From positions 1 to 10,543 of the forward strand of contig JBHIAI010000060.1 in NCBI GenBank assembly GCA_046861655.1: DNA of 10,543 bases, given 5' to 3'. Shown here one piece after another: positions 6,801 to 10,543 of the stretch. A model generated the notes under the pieces. It was not told where the DNA came from. It made no database searches and saw only the letters and a program-made list of their open reading frames with translations. A program made the position numbers and the translations under genes. The first letter of the stretch is position 1. Every line of letters starts with the position of its first letter. The DNA comes from Fidelibacterota bacterium (GTDB taxonomy: Bacteria > Fidelibacterota > Marinisomatia > Marinisomatales > S15-B10).

Positions 6801-7012
6801 TCATCGGTGGCCGCCCCCATAGCCGTTTCTGAAAGGATGACGTTGACGCCCACCATGGGCTCCCCGGTCTGGTCGTCTGTGATCCTCCCTGCGATTTTCC
6901 CCGTGATTCCCGCCAGGAGAATACCGGGGAGGAACAGGAGTAGACAGACGAAGGGGTGGGGTTTCTTACGGGGGTAACCGGGGACGGTCTGAAGGGCCCT
7001 ACTGTCTTCCAT
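3854..7012 (-). CDS. TonB-dependent receptor with N-terminal carboxypeptidase-regulatory-like domain, 1052 aa
   Basis: Signal peptide ending ILLA|GITGKIAGRITD. CarboxypepD_reg-like domain (TGEPMVGVNV...GAATDDNGYYVILNVPPGEYTL..SMIGY). Plug motif SVRGGSARQTAFVVDGI...VQVQTGGFNAEYGDVRSGIINIVTK. Barrel motifs YAQDKLEF..FIANLGVRLDY, LSPRLGVSHPI..NSKLYFNYGHFRQ and GEPNLLLERTVAYELG. C-terminal beta-signal PRNVKIGVRANF. Confidence 0.96.
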   Translation of the reverse strand: MEDSRALQTVPGYPRKKPHPFVCLLLFLPGILLAGITGKIAGRITDDQTGEPMVGVNVILSETAMGAATDDNGYYVILNVPPGEYTLKTSMIGYADVTARNVVVVMGQTTTLDIRMKTEVLAAEEITIVAERPVVVPDVSNSQLNVASETIETMPILDVTEVIGLQAGIQGLSVRGGSARQTAFVVDGIVLNDERSNNPYTSVSFNSVSEVQVQTGGFNAEYGDVRSGIINIVTKDALRDRYSGSFTLRIDPPGRKHFGPSVNDPSTYFLRPYLDPEVAYTGTASGAWDAYTQRQYPTFEGWNAVSEATLQDNDPTNDLTPEGARQLFKWQHRRSSNIEKPDHTLDITLGGPVPWISSSLGGLRFQFSYRDVKEMFIFPLSRESYDENIGRLKLTADINPNTRLTLTGMHGKIQSVSPYQWTTTPTGYVLRSPYEVANYVTSSSGNSIIYMPGWFSPSIITRTILGIRVNRVLSSRSFYEITLQHNRNHYNTYEMAPRDTSRKFEIVPGYLVDEAPFGYWGYGVTGIDGMRIGGWMNLGRDSTTVSTTTLRFDHTSQVNMTNQVKTGLQLTLNDFNIRSSTESPSMTTWTRDQVYRVRPFRLAIYAQDKLEFEGFIANLGVRLDYSDANSSRYDLEDYDPYFKEGNGHLIEEEAPADDAQPRWSLSPRLGVSHPITQNSKLYFNYGHFRQEPASSYRFRIQREYNGLVTSIGEPNLLLERTVAYELGYAHSLANRYLVTLAAYYKDVTNEHGWISYQNINNSVQYLRAADNNYEDIRGLELTLDKRMGRWVTGFINYTYEVRTFGYFGLTEYYEDPNKQREYLRQNPYQERPHPRPFMRTVLDFHSPGSFGPSFNGVYPLGGWNLNFLAAWRAGAITTYNPNNEPGVVDNVQWKSYHNVDLRLTKSVQVGPQDIQVFIDISNVFNIKLLSDAGFSDQFDYLDYMESLHFDWEEGIERGNDKIGEYRGSNVDFVPMQSVSSLDVVASPEPQVLYWDLETERYLQFVEDEWVERNASWVKKEILDKKAYIDMPNLTSFTFLNPRNVKIGVRANF

Positions 7013-8198
7013 AATAAGGCGCGCCCTCGCGCATCATATTGACCTTCAATACCCTTCTTTCGGCCGCATCGTCGCTGTGACGATTGACGTACAGATGTTC
7101 CCCATTGCCCCAGGAGAGCCAGCTGCCAGGGGAAGTGAGTACCGTTGAATAGAAGGGTTCGGGTGTGGAAGTTTCATGAGGAGTTTGAAGGATGTACAGG
7201 GCCTCGTCCCTGTCCACTCCGATGAACATGTCTCCGCTGGCGGCGAAGGTGATAGCCTGGATGGCGGGCCCCAGATCCCCGGCGAACGTCCCCCAGTCAA
7301 ACACGAGCTCGGCGTCGCCCAGGGTAGCGCCACCAGTGATTTCATGTCTCCAGATGCCCTCTTCCGTGAGGGAGGTCCCGGTGAGATAGACATGGCTGCC
7401 GAAAACGCGTACGCAATTGAATTCCATGTCCTCGTCGTACCGCGCCACCGTTGCCGTATCCCCGCCGGGCGTGGCCAAAAACACCCTTCCTTTCTTTCCC
7501 GCCGCGTACAGGTTCAGGTCGGCATCGAAATCGAAATCCGAGACCTTTTCTTCAAACTCCACGAATGTCTCCCGTGAAAAATCATCGGGATTGATCCGGT
7601 ACAGGACGTCCCGATTGGCCGCGAAGTACAGAAAACCGTCAGGTCCCATTTTCATCCCTGTTGCGGTCAATGGGGGCCCACTCCAGGTGGCGTACGTACT
7701 TTTCTCTCCCGACGTATCCACAACCGTGATATTCCGGGAATAAAGGGAGACGTAAAGGTTTTCCTCACTGTCCATGGCCATGGCGTTCACATCGTCGAAC
7801 TCTCCGAATCCACCGTATTCCTCCACGGCGGCTTCCAGTTTGTAGGGGGAATACTCCGCAAACTCGAATGCCCCGGCCACGGCAACCTTGATGGTGATGG
7901 AATCTCCCGTGAGGTCCGGTACCTGCACCTCCAGTTGGGTCTCACTGCCGGTGAGAAGGGTAGCTACCGAGCCATCAAAAAAGACCATATTATCATCAAG
8001 GACGGGAGAGAAGTTTTCTCCAATGATCGTCACTTCCCCTATTCCTGCCAGGGAGCCGTCCACAGGCTGGACCGCGGAAATGGAGGGTGACGGGTTTCCG
8101 GTGTCACCGGGGTCCCAGATGTTTTCAGGATAATCGGGTTCCTCGCACCCGATCAAGACGAGCGCGGCGACGAACGAGAAGATCAAGGTTGGCTTCAT
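6999..8198 (-). CDS. Lipoprotein with IPT/TIG domain and C-terminal beta-propeller (NHL/SMP-30-like), 399 aa
   Basis: Start revised from 8345 to ATG 8198: GAGGG SD 7 nt upstream, lipoprotein signal MKPTLIFSFVAALVLIG|C18, and no overlap with the upstream gene. IPT/TIG pattern PSISAVQP...EVTIIGENFS....NMVFFDG...SETQLEVQVP. Blade motifs AMAMDSEENLYV, MKMGPDGFLYF, FDFDADLNLYA and ITFAASGDMFI. Confidence 0.85.
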   Translation of the reverse strand: MKPTLIFSFVAALVLIGCEEPDYPENIWDPGDTGNPSPSISAVQPVDGSLAGIGEVTIIGENFSPVLDDNMVFFDGSVATLLTGSETQLEVQVPDLTGDSITIKVAVAGAFEFAEYSPYKLEAAVEEYGGFGEFDDVNAMAMDSEENLYVSLYSRNITVVDTSGEKSTYATWSGPPLTATGMKMGPDGFLYFAANRDVLYRINPDDFSRETFVEFEEKVSDFDFDADLNLYAAGKKGRVFLATPGGDTATVARYDEDMEFNCVRVFGSHVYLTGTSLTEEGIWRHEITGGATLGDAELVFDWGTFAGDLGPAIQAITFAASGDMFIGVDRDEALYILQTPHETSTPEPFYSTVLTSPGSWLSWGNGEHLYVNRHSDDAAERRVLKVNMMREGAPYYGRQ

Positions 8199-8232
8199 CA
8201 GATTTCCCTCAAATGTCATGATGGAAGGGTTT

Positions 8233-9243
8233 TCATAAAGAGAATTGGAGAGACAGCCTGTCCACGTTGCCAAAAATTCCGAACGGGGTGGAGGAATAAT
8301 CCACAGCGAGAAGAACATTTCCCAGGCGTTTGTGGAGACCCACACCCATTGTCAATCCCCTCTCGTCCCGGTGGAACAGGTACCCACTTCGAACATCAAG
8401 AATATCGGCCAGGGTGTATTCCATTCCCAGGTTGATGTACTCGGGGTATGACCGGGGGTGAACCGCGTCCAGGGAAACTATGAGAGACTGAAACCCCTGG
8501 GCGGCTGGGAAAAAATCGAGAACATCCATGGACACACCGATGCGGAACGTCAACGGGAGTTGAAACCCCTCGGATTCGAACTTGATTTCTTCTGAAAAAT
8601 CCCGGACGGACATTCCGAAGGCGAGGCTCTTGAATCCGGTAAAATATATGGTTCCAAAGTCCAGCGCGAGGGCCGAAGCAAGGTTCTTGATGACAGTCCT
8701 GGTCGTGTCCGTGACGGGTATGACGCTGTTCCCATAGTAGGCGTGGGCGGATTTGATATGGGCCCCTACCGAGAACTTGTCGGTGAGGGCTCTGGCGTAC
8801 CCCACGCCGACGCCGAGGGCGGTAGGTGTGAATATTCCCGTATCCTCATAACCTTTTTCATTCTCAGCGACTCGGGTACCGTAGAAATCTCCGTAGTCGA
8901 CCGACAGAATGCTGAAACCGATCACCCCGTACTCTCCTCCCGAAGGCCGGAAGGAAACGCTCAGAGAGTTGTGCAGAATGTCCGCGATCCACCGGTTCTG
9001 GTTGAATCTCACGTCCACAAGGTTGGGGACTCTCGCCATACCGGCGGGATTGAAGAAAAGGGAAGTGGAGTATGCTTCCATGGTAGTCATGGCTTCGCCC
9101 ATACCGCCGGCCCTGGCATCGGAGGTAACGCTGAGAAACTGGAATCCCGTCTGAGCCAACTTCTTGTTCTGACCGGCCAGCTGGGATCCCCACGCATGAA
9201 AGATGAAGATCATGAAAAGCCGGGTACACATGAGTCTGTCCAT
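8233..9243 (-). CDS. PorV/PorQ-family (UPF0164-like) outer-membrane beta-barrel protein, 336 aa
   Basis: N-terminal family signature FQFLSVTSDARAGGMGEA...SLFFNPAGMA, followed by amphipathic beta-strands (GVGVGYARALTDKFSVG, LALDFGTIY, LPLTFRIGVS, INLGMEY, RLSLQFSL). GGAG SD 7 nt before ATG 9243. Probably a locus-specific paralogue, so no gene symbol is given. Confidence 0.88.
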   Translation of the reverse strand: MDRLMCTRLFMIFIFHAWGSQLAGQNKKLAQTGFQFLSVTSDARAGGMGEAMTTMEAYSTSLFFNPAGMARVPNLVDVRFNQNRWIADILHNSLSVSFRPSGGEYGVIGFSILSVDYGDFYGTRVAENEKGYEDTGIFTPTALGVGVGYARALTDKFSVGAHIKSAHAYYGNSVIPVTDTTRTVIKNLASALALDFGTIYFTGFKSLAFGMSVRDFSEEIKFESEGFQLPLTFRIGVSMDVLDFFPAAQGFQSLIVSLDAVHPRSYPEYINLGMEYTLADILDVRSGYLFHRDERGLTMGVGLHKRLGNVLLAVDYSSTPFGIFGNVDRLSLQFSL

Positions 9244-9264
9244 CGGTTTACTCCAATTTGCAGG

Positions 9265-9816
9265 CTATTCTTCCTCTAAAATAACCACGTGAAAGGATCT
9301 TGTGGAGGCAACAAACCGGATCAGGTATCCTTCCCCCGCTGAAAGCTCGTAGCCCAATCGTGTCCTGATTTCAGGGGCGAAGGCAAAGGTCTCGAGGGGA
9401 AAAACGTCCTGACTCACTTCGATTTCCGTCCCGCCGTCATCCATCACGGCCATGGAAACGATGTCGTCATAGAAGAAAACCAGGGTTCCCTCTCCCATCG
9501 TCCCTTCCGCGAGATTCAGAGCCACGTACGCGGTATCTCCGGGCATCCCGATTCTCCAGTTCACCTGAAGGGAGTACATCAGGACTGAATCAGCGATTAG
9601 CGAATCCAGAGTATCTGAAACTGAGGCGCTTACGGGCACAGCCAGGGTATCTCCCAGGAGAATGGTTCTGGCCTCGCTATCCAGGGGTCCCAGGGAAAAC
9701 TCTTCTTCCTGGAAGGCGTCGGGAAGAATCTCCTGACACGAGACGAAGAGAAGTAGTCCCAGACCTGCAGCCACCGGGACGATTAGCCTTTCCACTTTGT
9801 TTTTCCTTATCTTCAT
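9265..9816 (-). CDS. Small acidic lipoprotein of unknown function, 183 aa
   Basis: Basic N-region, hydrophobic core and lipobox-like LLFVS|C27 followed by acidic QEILPDAFQEEEF. It fills the gap between co-directional genes. An alternative start is GTG 9795, with AAGGA 8 nt upstream. Confidence 0.78.
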   Translation of the reverse strand: MKIRKNKVERLIVPVAAGLGLLLFVSCQEILPDAFQEEEFSLGPLDSEARTILLGDTLAVPVSASVSDTLDSLIADSVLMYSLQVNWRIGMPGDTAYVALNLAEGTMGEGTLVFFYDDIVSMAVMDDGGTEIEVSQDVFPLETFAFAPEIRTRLGYELSAGEGYLIRFVASTRSFHVVILEEE

Positions 9817-9864
9817 GTTACACCAAGTCTGCCTCTCTGTGCGTACCGAGTTTTCGGGTCAGTT

Positions 9865-10543
9865 TCACCGGATAATGATGAATTTCCGGATGGCGGCGTC
9901 TCCCTTCCTGTAGAGCAATTCTCCGGTGAAAGGATCGATGTAGTCCTCCGTTACTTCGATATGAGCAATGTAGACACCGCTCACCACCACCTGTCTTGAG
10001 GATGTGACGGAATTCCAGGCCTCATCTCCGCTCCCGTCCGTATGATTCAAGGTCTTGATCAGGTCGCCCCTTTCCGTATAGATCCGGATGGTACAGAAGG
10101 GGGGGATGTTGTAGAACATGATCCTGTTCGGATCGCTTTCCCCGAATTGCAGTTCTCTGGCCTTTATGTTAAAGGGATTGGGGACGACGCGAATGTCTGC
10201 CAGTTTATCTCCGGCGGGTCGCTTGAGGGATGCAGGCTCGCTGGTCATGGTATAGAACTTGCTGCTCACCAGAGGGACCCCCGGGTTCACGTCGTTGGCA
10301 CTTCCGTCGTCGAAGGAAACGATGTAGTAATAATAGTCGAATCCCCGGATGGCATCCGTGTCGTCGTATTCATGAACGATGGTATTCGGGGTACCCTGTC
10401 CGCATTCGAAAACAAGTTGGTAGGTCGTGTCGGGCTGGTGAATGGCCCGGTAGATCCTGTAACCCACCGCGGGATTGACGGGATTCCTTTCCGCGTTGTC
10501 TGACCAGGTCAGCGTGATCCTGTCGCCTCCGGAATTCACCTGG
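9865..10543 (-). CDS. C-terminal part (5'-truncated by the window edge) of an FN3-like protein with atypical T9SS-like CTD; paralogue of 1544..3709
   Basis: The frame is open to the window edge (…Q-V-NSGGDRITLTW aligns with FEVTSGGDRISLSW), so GTG 10539 is an internal Val. It is collinear with the last ~220 aa of 1544..3709, and 60 of the final 70 residues are identical by manual count. Confidence 0.88.
   Translation of the reverse strand, partial: QVNSGGDRITLTWSDNAERNPVNPAVGYRIYRAIHQPDTTYQLVFECGQGTPNTIVHEYDDTDAIRGFDYYYYIVSFDDGSANDVNPGVPLVSSKFYTMTSEPASLKRPAGDKLADIRVVPNPFNIKARELQFGESDPNRIMFYNIPPFCTIRIYTERGDLIKTLNHTDGSGDEAWNSVTSSRQVVVSGVYIAHIEVTEDYIDPFTGELLYRKGDAAIRKFIIIR

Noticed and set aside
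3854..7012. Naming the receptor susC or btuB, or assigning a substrate
   Set aside because: It lacks the SusC-type plug signature (LKDASA.AIYG.RA.NGV) and has no adjacent SusD. Nothing in the window identifies the substrate.
8199..8345. 49-aa N-terminal extension of the IPT lipoprotein given in the ORF track
   Set aside because: It would overlap the PorV-like gene by 113 nt and bury the lipoprotein signal. ATG 8198 has a good SD.
10537..10539. GTG start for a 224-aa protein
   Set aside because: The frame stays open to the window edge and aligns with an internal Val of the paralogue, so the gene is truncated by the window.

Overview
This window holds seven co-directional minus-strand genes for cell-envelope or secreted proteins, ending at a strong intrinsic terminator (16-53). 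In transcription order they are: (1) the C-terminal part of an FN3-like protein with an atypical T9SS-like C-terminal domain (CTD), cut off by the window edge; (2) a small acidic lipoprotein; (3) a PorV/PorQ-family outer-membrane barrel; (4) an IPT/TIG plus beta-propeller lipoprotein; (5) a 1052-aa TonB-dependent receptor; (6) a 721-aa paralogue of gene 1; and (7) a beta-propeller protein with a classical type A T9SS sorting domain and its own predicted sigma70 promoter. The motifs suggest a non-Bacteroidota FCB-group bacterium such as Marinimicrobia, Calditrichota or KSB1, which is an inference. The most interesting reading is a SusD-less, PUL-like uptake system in which two paralogous T9SS cargo proteins share a private, highly conserved CTD and pair with a co-encoded PorV-like barrel. 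A nested REP-like palindrome lies in the 144-bp gap after the receptor gene. I recognised no RNA genes, CRISPR arrays or transposases. All family assignments come from motif recognition by eye, not from database searches.
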